A DNA stretch of 64,000 nucleotides from an uncultured Spirochaetota bacterium (GTDB taxonomy: Bacteria > Spirochaetota > Brevinematia > Brevinematales > JAOACQ01): the NCBI GenBank assembly GCA_963835575.1, contig CAWIGG010000002.1, positions 1,440,001-1,504,000 on the forward strand, in the 5' to 3' direction. The position numbers and the translations under genes were made by a program. Below the pieces are notes generated by a model. That model searched no databases. It worked only from the letters and a program-made list of their open reading frames with translations, and was not told the DNA's origin. Numbering within the stretch: position 1 is the stretch's first letter; each line of letters starts with the position of its first letter. This document shows positions 30,583 through 39,889 of the stretch, piece by piece.

Positions 30583-31848
30583 ATGAAAAATTTCATGAAA
30601 ACCGTTCTTCCCATGTTTTCGGCCTCCGTTCTTATGGTTATGCTGTCATGTTCCAATAATCCCGGTTCCGGGGGCAATTCCTCTTCCGGCGGCGGTTCGC
30701 CGGGCGGCGGGACAACCAATTCGGTAACCACGAATGTTTTCATGGCCGGTACTACCAATTATATGGTCATCAATGCCACGAACGTTCAGGGGTTCAGCTT
30801 CAATATAACGAATTTCAGCACAACCAACCTGCCTTACTTTTCAAACATGATCGTTTCTAATGTAGAGATTATGTTTTTATGGCAGAATATTACCAATACC
30901 ACATATACCAATACGCTGATTACCAACCTGGTGTTTACTATTATCGGCTACACGAATATTTCCAGCGTTATCACCAGTTCGGAGACCAATGACATTTATT
31001 TTACCAACTCTTTCAGCCTGACAAACTGCTGGCAGACCATTCAGGATATCTATTCGACCAATTATCAGGCGGTCAATATTACCAATGTGCTGGGGACCAA
31101 CATTGTCTCAACGTATTTTAACACGACCAACGGGACCTGCGTATCGAACTTTGCGGCAGTCAGCGGAACGGTCACCAACCTCTGGAAGAATATCACCAAC
31201 TGTACCATCACCAATGCCGTAACAAACACTATCGGGGCCGGTACGAATGCTTGGATTCTGTTCTATTCGTACACCAACAACACTTATTTTACCAATACTT
31301 TCAACACCAACCTGGTCAGCGTCTATTCAACCGGTTTGGCCTTTACCGTTATGGGCGGGCAGATTACCATCACCAATTACGGCAGCCCGTCCGGGAATAT
31401 CGTCATTCCCTCGACGATTAACGGATATCCGGTGGTCAGTATCGGGAGTAACGCGTTTTATTATTGCACCAACCTCACCAGTGTTGTTATTCCAAACACG
31501 GTGACCAGTATTGGCGTGGGTGCATTCGACTCTTGCACCAGCCTCACCAGCGTGGTCATTCCGAACTCAGTGGTCAGCATTGGAGTTCGTGCATTCATCA
31601 ATTGCGCCAGCCTCACCAACGTTGTCATTCCGAACTCGGTGGTCAATATTGATAATTATGCATTCGCAGGTTGCATCGCACTGAAAAGTTTAAGTATGGA
31701 CAGGTTGACCGCTCCAACTCTCGGCGACTCATCATTTCAGTCTGTCTCCAGTTGTACGCTGCACATTCATTCGGGGACTACGGGTTACAATGTCGCTCCA
31801 TGGACTACAACATCGATATTTAGCTCGATTGTGACTGACTTGCCGTAA
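30583..31848 (+). CDS. BspA-type (TpLRR) leucine-rich-repeat surface lipoprotein with TN-rich stalk
   Basis: Lipobox-like MLSC; 23-aa repeats C..LTSVVIPNSV.SIG..AF, visible as 69-bp DNA repeats at about 31435-31690; IVIPSTINGYPVVSIG motif. Confidence 0.88.
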   Translation: MKNFMKTVLPMFSASVLMVMLSCSNNPGSGGNSSSGGGSPGGGTTNSVTTNVFMAGTTNYMVINATNVQGFSFNITNFSTTNLPYFSNMIVSNVEIMFLWQNITNTTYTNTLITNLVFTIIGYTNISSVITSSETNDIYFTNSFSLTNCWQTIQDIYSTNYQAVNITNVLGTNIVSTYFNTTNGTCVSNFAAVSGTVTNLWKNITNCTITNAVTNTIGAGTNAWILFYSYTNNTYFTNTFNTNLVSVYSTGLAFTVMGGQITITNYGSPSGNIVIPSTINGYPVVSIGSNAFYYCTNLTSVVIPNTVTSIGVGAFDSCTSLTSVVIPNSVVSIGVRAFINCASLTNVVIPNSVVNIDNYAFAGCIALKSLSMDRLTAPTLGDSSFQSVSSCTLHIHSGTTGYNVAPWTTTSIFSSIVTDLP

Positions 31849-32286
31849 CCGCGCCGGCGGGCGGGACGGTGCAGGCTTACTGTGCTTCGAACAGCATAAC
31901 ATTCGTGGCGAAGTAAAAGCTAGAAAAGTCTTCAATATTCGCCGGGAAAACGCTCGGATGTGAAATTTCTTCCCGTCTTCTCCCCGGCTTACCGTAAAAT
32001 TGTTCTTCACAGGAAGCCGGAAAGCGATGCCCTGACCCCCGGCAGGCCTGGTTGGTGTCCCTCGACATTGCTCGGGAACCAAGATTGCCGAACCACGGGA
32101 ACCGGCCCGGCGCATCGGATTGGTATGAAGAATTATGAATAACAGCGTTTCTCTATGTAAATTTTATAAAGCGTACCGGTAATATCCGCTCTACAGCGGC
32201 TGAAATGGCGGCATTTTTAATCCCATCAACCTTTTGACTAAATAATAAAAGTGGTTCTTTGTTCTGATAAAAATGCAATATATTCA

Positions 32287-32346
32287 GGGCAGTTCCAAAA
32301 CCTATGTTGGAAATATCTGATTTATTTTAAGTTTTTGGAACTGCCC
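32287..32346. repeat. 60-bp GGGCAGTTCC palindromic element
   Basis: 58/60 identical to 6459-6518; 14-bp terminal inverted repeats. Confidence 0.85.
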
Positions 32347-32683
32347 TTTATTCATAGCATTCTTTTGGAAATATTATTTTCTTAAGCAAAATTTATATTT
32401 CCCCAAAAGCGGCCTAAATCATTATCAAAAACAAAAAGGTTTGAGGTGTTTATTTGAGAGAATTAAATGGACTGATAAGGCGAAAATAACGGACAAATCG
32501 CCTGATTTGTTATTTTCTATAATTGATAAATTCAAAAAAATAATATATATTATATGCCTGTTTTAATCAATTTATCCAAAAAGTGAAAACAATACATTTT
32601 GATTCATTAGTATCTTTATAATCTTTTTCATATTTCTATAATTTCCGTATTTCTCAATAAGCCATGGGGCATTTTATAAATAT

Positions 32684-33961
32684 GTGAGATATTTTATGAT
32701 TAATATAGATTTTTTAATCGGAAAATTGAAGAAATCATTCCATTCTTTAAGCCACAAAAATTACAGGATATTTTTTTCAGGGCAGATAATTTCCCAGATC
32801 GGAAGCTGGATGCAGACAATAAGCCTTCCCTGGCTGGCATATTCAATCACCGGTTCTGCTTTACTTCTGGGAGTTATCGGGGCGATGCTTTATTTGCCTA
32901 TTCTGTGTTTCTCCCTTTTTGCAGGAGCTGTAATTGACCGGTTTGAAAAAAAGAAAATACTAATTTTTACCCAGAGCGCCCTGACACTAATTGCGTTTGT
33001 TTTAGCTTTCCTTGTTTTTTCTCATCTGATCCAGTACTGGCATCTGGTAATTTTGTCGCTGGCAATTGGTTTGATTAATACCCTGGATTTTCCTGTCCGT
33101 CAGTCTTTTATTGTTGAAATGATTGGAAAAAACGATTTAATGAACGTAATCGGGCTTAATTCCGCCGTCCATAACGGGGCGCGTATCGTCGGCCCGGCCA
33201 TCGCAGGGATATTAATGGCCGGTTTAGGGATCGGGTGGTGCTTTTTGATAAACGCCCTTAGTTTTCTGCCTTTGATTACCGGGTTGTTTTTTATCAAGCC
33301 GGTTTTCAGTTACATAAAAGGGAAAAGTAATACCAATATTCTGAGTGATATTTACAATGGGATAAAGTATATATTTTCAGAAAACATTCTTTTGAAGACT
33401 ATTATTACTGTTTTTATCATAGGCACCTTTATTATGAATTTTAATGTGCTGGTGCCTGTTCTCGCTAAAGCCGGCCTGCACCTGAAAGAACAGGGATTTG
33501 GGTTTTTATGGTCCTGCATGGGTGTAGGTTCTCTTATTGGTGCCCTGGTTATATCCGCAAGAAGTAAACATGGGCCTAAAAATATTGTACTGACCGGGGC
33601 AGGGTTCGTGGTTTCAGTAATATTTATAATAATAGGCTTGACAAGCAATTTAGTTTTATCCTCTATTTTACTTGCCCTTTCCGGATTTATAACGGTGTTA
33701 TTTATGACTTCCGCTAATTCAGCCCTTCAAATAAATTCAAAAGATGAATACAGGAGCAGGGTGATAAGCGTTTATATGCTTGTCAATGCCGGGACAACAC
33801 CTATAGGAAACCTGGCAGCTGGGGGACTGAGCCAGGTTTTTGGGATTAGAATATGTTTTATAACCATCGGCATCGGGGTTTTATTAATGCTTTCCTTACT
33901 TTTCTTTGTTAATTCTAAAGCAAAAGCAAAAGAATTGCCTTTAATTATCAAAAGCTCGTGA
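32684..33961 (+). CDS. MFS transporter (MFS_3/DHA3-like)
   Basis: NYRIFFSGQIISQIGSWMQ, AGAVIDRFEKK, D.PVRQSF, LNSA..NGARIVGPAIAG motifs. Start may be 32696. Confidence 0.9.
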   Translation: MRYFMINIDFLIGKLKKSFHSLSHKNYRIFFSGQIISQIGSWMQTISLPWLAYSITGSALLLGVIGAMLYLPILCFSLFAGAVIDRFEKKKILIFTQSALTLIAFVLAFLVFSHLIQYWHLVILSLAIGLINTLDFPVRQSFIVEMIGKNDLMNVIGLNSAVHNGARIVGPAIAGILMAGLGIGWCFLINALSFLPLITGLFFIKPVFSYIKGKSNTNILSDIYNGIKYIFSENILLKTIITVFIIGTFIMNFNVLVPVLAKAGLHLKEQGFGFLWSCMGVGSLIGALVISARSKHGPKNIVLTGAGFVVSVIFIIIGLTSNLVLSSILLALSGFITVLFMTSANSALQINSKDEYRSRVISVYMLVNAGTTPIGNLAAGGLSQVFGIRICFITIGIGVLLMLSLLFFVNSKAKAKELPLIIKSS

Positions 33962-34125
33962 GTATTCCAATATATGTATGAAAAATAACCGTTTTATTTG
34001 TTAGAATATATAGTTCTAACAAGGAAATAAACCGTTTTACTCTGCGGAATAAAAATAGAAAAAACATCGTTTAAAAAAATATTGGACAACATATTGACTT
34101 ATTTAACACGGCATGTTATTATTAT

Positions 34126-34147
34126 ATTAGACAATATAATGTCTAAT
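34126..34147. promoter_or_regulatory. Putative MarR operator
   Basis: ATTAGACA-N6-TGTCTAAT perfect 8-bp arms just before the marR RBS. Confidence 0.65.
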
Positions 34148-34163
34148 AAAAGAGGATATTTTT

Positions 34164-34733
34164 ATGGAGAATTCCAGGAAGATTTTTTTAATGGAGCAGA
34201 TTGCCGCGACGCTTTTCTCCCTTACCAATAAGCTCCAGGTAAAAGGCGATAAATACCTGAAAAGCCTGACATCAAGGCAGTTTATGTCGATGATGGCAAT
34301 CATTCATATACCGGAAGATGAGACAACATTGAATAATATAGCAAGGAAGCTGGGTACGACCAAACAGAATGTGAAGCAGATAATAACATGCCTGGAAAAG
34401 AAAGGATATGTTTCCACTATCCCCAGTCAGCATGATAAGCGCGCGGTCAATACTAAAATTACAGAGTCCGGGAAACAGGTTATACTGGAATGCGGTGAAA
34501 GAGGTATGTACTTTTTTTTAGATCTTTTTAAAGATCTCACAATGGAAGAAATGGAAATATTGTGGAACTTGCTGAAGAAACTGTATCGTTTTGACGGAGT
34601 TGAGCAGGATGGGTTTGAAGAAGAAATTGATTTGAATATGGGAGAAGCTCAAAATGAAGCTCAAACGAGAGTATTAAATGAATTTGAAAAACAAAATAAT
34701 CGTTCTGAAACGGACGGGAATCAAAATATATAA
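34164..34733 (+). CDS. MarR family transcriptional regulator
   Basis: LTSRQF, IARKLGTTKQNVKQII..LEKKGYV and DKRAV..ITESG motifs. Confidence 0.9.
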   Translation: MENSRKIFLMEQIAATLFSLTNKLQVKGDKYLKSLTSRQFMSMMAIIHIPEDETTLNNIARKLGTTKQNVKQIITCLEKKGYVSTIPSQHDKRAVNTKITESGKQVILECGERGMYFFLDLFKDLTMEEMEILWNLLKKLYRFDGVEQDGFEEEIDLNMGEAQNEAQTRVLNEFEKQNNRSETDGNQNI

Positions 34734-34783
34734 AAAATCCACTGTGAGTGGCTTATACAATATTAAATTTGGAGGTTTTTTCA

Positions 34784-36061
34784 ATGAAATTACAGATTGA
34801 ACCATTGGCGGCGCTTTGTGACAAAAAGGTCGGCATTTCTGTTTCCGGGCTGCCGCCCTTCGGTAAAGTAAAAATAAGCGCTTCAATGTGTCTGCCCTGG
34901 GCAAAAAGCGTACTATATGAATCATTTGCCTGGTTTACCGCGGATTCAAGCGGTAATTTGGATTTATCAAAGCAGAAACCGGATTCCGGGACCTATGATT
35001 TTGTAGATAGTATGGGCTTGATTGCATCCATGAAAAGCAAGGATAAAAACGCAATTAAAAACATAGGGCAAAATATTTCCGTGAGTAATAGTATGTTCAT
35101 TGATATAATAGCAGAATGTGAACAAGACAGGGAATGCGTAAAATTGGAACGGTTGTTTATGGCCAAGGAAGTTAAAAGCCAAAAAATATCAGATGAATTT
35201 ATCGGCGAATTGTTCTATACTGAAAATTCCGGCAATAAAACAATTATATTTCTGGGCGGTTCAGGAAGCGGCCTCGGTGTAAATTCACCGATCGCCGCCT
35301 TATTAGCCTCTCATGGTTTTAATGTTCTATCCTTGCCCTATTTTAATGAAAAGGGGCTGCCTGCCCGGCTTTCAGAGATTCCGCTCGAATATTTTGAAAG
35401 GGTATTCTCATGGCTTTCAAAAAATCCAATTACAAGCGGAAAAGAGATCAATCTCCTGGGAATGTCCAAAGGCGGTGAGCTGGCAATGCTCCTCGCGTCA
35501 AGGTATCCATTCATTACCAAGGCGGCATTGTGGGCGCCGCATGCGTATTGCTTTCAAGGGCTTGCCTTCAAGAATGTCTCATCATGGACATACAAAGGAA
35601 AATCTTTGCCTTATATACGGTTGAAGAGCCGTTGGCTATTTACAAATATAATCAGCTGCATCATTAAGAACGAACCTTTCGGATTCACATACATATACAG
35701 AAGGGGGTTGAACACTGCGAAGAACAAGGAAGCCGCGCGAATTAAGATAGAAAATGCCCGGGCCGATCTGCTGTTGTTTACCAACAAGCAAAACAACATG
35801 TGGAATTCTTACGACGGCTGTGTCCAGATAATGAATACATTGCAGAAAAGCAATTACCGGCATAAATATAATCTGGTTGTCTATGAAGACGCAGGCGAAA
35901 CGTTTTATGTCCCATACGTGATACCATACGGAGAGGCAACGGTTAAGATTGCCCCCAGGCTTTCGTTTTCTCTCGGCGGCACCCCGGAAGGAAACGCGCA
36001 TCTACAGGCCGATTCATGGGAGAAAACAATTGAGTTCTTTCGTGACGCTAAAAAGAAATGA
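34784..36061 (+). CDS. Acyl-CoA thioesterase/BAAT-like alpha-beta hydrolase
   Basis: GGAGG RBS before ATG 34784; N-terminal BAAT domain (F.ADSSG.LDL..GTY..VDSMGL); GGSGSG, LASHGF.VL.L.YF, PLEYF and GMSKGGE motifs. Confidence 0.85.
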   Translation: MKLQIEPLAALCDKKVGISVSGLPPFGKVKISASMCLPWAKSVLYESFAWFTADSSGNLDLSKQKPDSGTYDFVDSMGLIASMKSKDKNAIKNIGQNISVSNSMFIDIIAECEQDRECVKLERLFMAKEVKSQKISDEFIGELFYTENSGNKTIIFLGGSGSGLGVNSPIAALLASHGFNVLSLPYFNEKGLPARLSEIPLEYFERVFSWLSKNPITSGKEINLLGMSKGGELAMLLASRYPFITKAALWAPHAYCFQGLAFKNVSSWTYKGKSLPYIRLKSRWLFTNIISCIIKNEPFGFTYIYRRGLNTAKNKEAARIKIENARADLLLFTNKQNNMWNSYDGCVQIMNTLQKSNYRHKYNLVVYEDAGETFYVPYVIPYGEATVKIAPRLSFSLGGTPEGNAHLQADSWEKTIEFFRDAKKK

Positions 36062-36164
36062 TCGGTTAAGATACATCTCATCTGGAAATTCTATACTCGA
36101 CCGAAGCCGCGGTAAGAATTTCTTTTTTTTATTTTCAAATTGAACACAAAACTTTTGCTGACGG

Positions 36165-36354
36165 CCGCCGCCATGAAGTGTTTGCGCTTGCTATGATTTA
36201 TAATACGCTGGAATACTTCAACATTGATCCTTCGAGAATATACATTACCGGCGCATCATAAAGAACAGCTTTCCGGCGGAATAATATCCCGGTATCCGGG
36301 GCAACCGCCTCCGCAGTCTGCCGGACAGACAACCGGGATGATGAAAAACAGCAG
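36165..36354 (+). pseudogene. Degenerate fragment paralogous to the hydrolase part of the ankyrin gene
   Basis: Aligns by eye to 17315-17519 (CCGCCGCCATGAAGTGTT..GGAATACTTCAACAT.GATCCTTCGAG..GGGATGATGAAAAACAGCAG) with stops and deletions. Confidence 0.8.
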
Positions 36355-36659
36355 CTCCTTCCACTTCATTTTTAAAAGTCATTCTATTAAGTTTGATCTG
36401 TTTCACAAAATTGATGGTTTTTCTTTTGCATTTTTACCTGCCGGTAATTATAATTTTTCTTATCAGTCAGTTTATCACAATTTATTATTGTTTTCAGCTT
36501 TACGCTTTAAACTTTAAGCTTTATAATACCATGTTGGTTTCTCGAATTGCATTGACAAAAAATATTATTTTATGTTTTTAGAACCGCCCATAATCAATTC
36601 ATTAGAAGCTCAAATTCATCATTTCCTTTATCAGCTCAATTTAAAAAAGGGAGGCTTTT

Positions 36660-38195
36660 ATGAGTTATATATTAAAGAAAGTATGGTTCTTATTCTTTTT
36701 AATTTTTTATGCCGTGTTCGGCTGCAGTTCAAAAGAGGACTCCAGGCCTGCATCCCATGCGGGCTCATTTTATCCCTCCGACAGTGAAGAGCTCCGGAAA
36801 ATGCTGGATTATTTTTTAAGCCGCGTAAAAATTGAAATCGAAGGCAGGCCGGACGCAATTATTGTTCCGCATGCGGGATATGTATACAGCGGTGAAACAG
36901 CCGCTTACGCCTACTCCACGCTGAAAGGCCGCGGCATCAAAAGAGTCATACTGCTGGCCACATCGCATTATGCCTATCTGAACGGCGTAGTCATCAATGA
37001 AAAGCCTTACGAAACGCCATTGGGTATTTATAAAGTGGATACCAAAGCGATCAACATATTAAAAAATGAGAAATTCAGCCGGGTCACCAACTCAATAGCT
37101 TCCACACAGGAGCACAGCGATGAAGTTCAGATCCCTTTCCTGCAGAAAGTCCTGCCGGATGCCCTGCTTGTACCTATTATTGTCGGCTATCTGACTGACG
37201 AAGATTTTATGGAAACTGCAAAAGCCCTCAATAAAATCATTGATGATAAGACGGTCATTGTCGTCAGTTCGGATTTTACACATTACGGCGATCAATTCAA
37301 TTATAAGCCCGATTTCGGCAGGAAGAGCGTTCCGGAAGGGATCTCAAATCTGGACGGAAAAGCGATCGAATTCATTACAAACAGGGATTCCAGGGGTTTT
37401 CTGGAATATATTCAAAAGACACAGTCAACCATCTGCGGGGCCAACCCGATCGCTTTGCTCCTCAGAACGCTGGAAGAAAAGGATTATCCTTATAAAGGCA
37501 ATCTTCTCAAATACACAAGGAGCGGCGATCTCACAAAGGATTTCAGCAACAGTGTAAGCTATGCCGCTATACTCTTCGGCGATGTCCAGACGATCAATGA
37601 AAAAAAGGCGCAAAAACCTTCGATTGATGAAAAACTTATTAATGAAGAGGAAGAAAAAACTCTTCTTAATCTTTCCCGTTATGTCCTCCTTGAATTTGTG
37701 AAAAAAGGCATAACAAACTTTACAGATGAAAAATTAAAGAATTTCAAATTTACCGGCGGCCTGAGGCAGAACCTGGGCGTTTTTGTGACGCTGACAAAGC
37801 ATGAAGACCTGAGGGGCTGCATCGGATATATTACAGGCCGGGAAGAACTCTATAAATCGGTGATTGCCAATACCATAAACGCGGCGGCGAACGATCCCCG
37901 CTTTCCGCAGGTGGCGGAAAACGAATTAAAGGATATTAAAATCGAAATTTCAGTCATGACGCCGCTGGTCAAAATAAATTCACTGGATGAAATCAAGGTC
38001 GGCAGGGACGGACTTTATCTTATAAACGGCGGTTATGGCGGTGTTTTTCTGCCCCAGGTCCCGCTGGAATGGAACTGGGACAAAACGACATACCTGGAAG
38101 AGCTCGGCCTTAAGGCGGGTATGTCAACCAACGCTTACAAGGATAAGAATACAGTTATTTACCGTTTTTCAGCGCAGGTCTTCGGTGAAAAATGA
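36660..38195 (+). CDS. amrB/amrA: AmmeMemoRadiSam protein B (Memo) - protein A (AMMECR1) fusion with lipoprotein signal
   Basis: Memo motifs: AGSFYP, PHAGYVYSG, EHSDEVQIPFLQ, SSDFTHYG, TICG. AMMECR1 motifs: GVFVTL..LRGCIG, DPRF, EISVMTP, GVFLPQV. N-terminus KKVWFLFFLIFYAVFGC. Confidence 0.9.
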   Translation: MSYILKKVWFLFFLIFYAVFGCSSKEDSRPASHAGSFYPSDSEELRKMLDYFLSRVKIEIEGRPDAIIVPHAGYVYSGETAAYAYSTLKGRGIKRVILLATSHYAYLNGVVINEKPYETPLGIYKVDTKAINILKNEKFSRVTNSIASTQEHSDEVQIPFLQKVLPDALLVPIIVGYLTDEDFMETAKALNKIIDDKTVIVVSSDFTHYGDQFNYKPDFGRKSVPEGISNLDGKAIEFITNRDSRGFLEYIQKTQSTICGANPIALLLRTLEEKDYPYKGNLLKYTRSGDLTKDFSNSVSYAAILFGDVQTINEKKAQKPSIDEKLINEEEEKTLLNLSRYVLLEFVKKGITNFTDEKLKNFKFTGGLRQNLGVFVTLTKHEDLRGCIGYITGREELYKSVIANTINAAANDPRFPQVAENELKDIKIEISVMTPLVKINSLDEIKVGRDGLYLINGGYGGVFLPQVPLEWNWDKTTYLEELGLKAGMSTNAYKDKNTVIYRFSAQVFGEK

Positions 38196-39262
38196 GCCCT
38201 AAAAAAAGAAGATGGCTCTCCAGCATTTTATTATTGGCGATCCTTGCGGCCCTTTCTATTATTTCCTATTTAAACCGGACCGAAATGCTCATCATTGCGC
38301 TCCTCTGGTCTCTATTCATTTCCGGCACACATTATATGATACTGAACACAGGCCGGATATACATGTACCGTTCTTTTTATTTTATCATTCTCGCCGCCGC
38401 CTTCATCCTCGGCTTCCGCCTGACCGCTAATGAAAGCACATTGTCCCCTTACTGCCATATAGGCCTTGCCGGGAATATCATCCATACTCTTTATAACCAG
38501 TTTTTAGCCGTTATCAACTCCACATGGGCAAGGTTCGGCTCTCTCAGCATCGGGTTTCTCTGGCTTCTTGTGATCGTCATTAACGGCGGAGGTTTCTGCA
38601 GCTATACCTGCTTTTTCGGCGGGATCGACGAGGGCTTTTCCAGACTTCTGAAAAAACCTCTTATTCATCTTCCCCCCTCTAAAAAATTCAGGGAATTTCA
38701 AATCGCTTCTCTCATATTCTTTGCCTTTATTTCTTTTACTTCCATTGAACCCATTTTCTGCTTATGGGTGTGCCCGCTTAAAACAACAAACACGATACTG
38801 AACCCGGAATCCCCGGCATGGCTCGTTCAGAATATCCTTTACATTTCAATCGGTCTGGCTTCCCTGGTAGTCATGCCGATCCTGACAAAAAAGAGAACTT
38901 TCTGCAGTATTATCTGCCCGTTCGGGGCAATTCCTCCTCTGCTTGCACGGATCAACCCCTATAAAATGAGCCTGGATGAAAAAAAATGCACCGGCTGCGG
39001 ACAGTGCCTGCAAGCCTGCCCCTCATTCGCCATTGAGAATTTTCAGGATAAGATCAAAATAAACCGTTACTGTACCCTATGCGGGAAATGCCTGGAAAAA
39101 TGCGCTCAAGGCGCGATCAAGACAACCCTTTTTAATAAGAAGGAATCAGATTTAATGGCAACTGTTTCCCTGGCCATAGGCGGCGGTATATCGATTTTTA
39201 TTATTCCGAAAGCTTTGATGAACCTGATAGAATGGTTTTTCAAACTGCCGAAGGCAGGTTGA
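38192..39262 (+). CDS. Membrane polyferredoxin (NapH/MauN-like 4Fe-4S binding protein)
   Basis: FCSYTCFFG, FCLWVCP, RTFCSIICPFG and two CxxCxxCxxxC motifs; multiple TM helices. Confidence 0.85.
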   Translation: MSPKKRRWLSSILLLAILAALSIISYLNRTEMLIIALLWSLFISGTHYMILNTGRIYMYRSFYFIILAAAFILGFRLTANESTLSPYCHIGLAGNIIHTLYNQFLAVINSTWARFGSLSIGFLWLLVIVINGGGFCSYTCFFGGIDEGFSRLLKKPLIHLPPSKKFREFQIASLIFFAFISFTSIEPIFCLWVCPLKTTNTILNPESPAWLVQNILYISIGLASLVVMPILTKKRTFCSIICPFGAIPPLLARINPYKMSLDEKKCTGCGQCLQACPSFAIENFQDKIKINRYCTLCGKCLEKCAQGAIKTTLFNKKESDLMATVSLAIGGGISIFIIPKALMNLIEWFFKLPKAG

Positions 39263-39274
39263 TTAAAAAGGAGA

Positions 39275-39889
39275 GTGAAAATGTTTAAAGAAACCCTGCA
39301 GATCCTGCTGGAGGGATTTATACTTGGGCTTTCTACGGGAGGATATTGCTTTATCACATGCGCCCCATTTTTACTGCCGTATGTTTTAATGACCAGGAGG
39401 ATATCTTCTTTTTTAAGCTTTATTGCCGGCCGTTTTCTCTCTTATATGGTTTTTGCTGTAATCGCGGGTTTTATCGGAATATTCCTGGAAGGCGGTTTAA
39501 AAAGAATATCAGCAGTTTTCCTAATCATCGCATCCCTATGCATGATTTTTTTCTCAATATTCCATCTCTCTCCCGAAAGCCCATTCTGCAGACCATGGAT
39601 TGAAAGCGGCCGTTTGAAAAATTTCCCGTTCTTTGCCGGCATCCTTCTGGGCTTGAATCTTTGCCCGCCGTTTATTGCCGGAATGGCCCGGGTAACAGGC
39701 CTGGGAAGCGTCTGGAAGAGCATTGTTTTTTTTATAAGCTTCTTTACGGCCACCACGGTCTTTCTCCTTCCCGCTCTTATTCCTGTCCCCTTTTTTAAGA
39801 CGGAATTCTTCAAAAGGCTTGGCTCCTATCTCGGCATACTGGCCGGAATATGGTTTATAATACAGGGAATTATCGGGGTATTCAAATGA
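39275..39889 (+). CDS. DsbD_2 / TauE-SafE-like membrane protein
   Basis: About 6 TM helices; GYCFITCAP, F.AGR..SY and LNLCPP cysteine motifs. Confidence 0.75.
   Translation: MKMFKETLQILLEGFILGLSTGGYCFITCAPFLLPYVLMTRRISSFLSFIAGRFLSYMVFAVIAGFIGIFLEGGLKRISAVFLIIASLCMIFFSIFHLSPESPFCRPWIESGRLKNFPFFAGILLGLNLCPPFIAGMARVTGLGSVWKSIVFFISFFTATTVFLLPALIPVPFFKTEFFKRLGSYLGILAGIWFIIQGIIGVFK

Noticed and set aside
31435..31690. 69-bp tandem DNA repeats as a CRISPR array
   Set aside because: They are in-frame codons of 23-aa LRR units, with no unique spacers and no cas genes.
31850..32140. GC-rich intergenic stretch as a riboswitch
   Set aside because: I could not find the conserved cores of cobalamin, TPP, SAM, FMN or c-di-GMP riboswitches; an Rfam scan would be needed.
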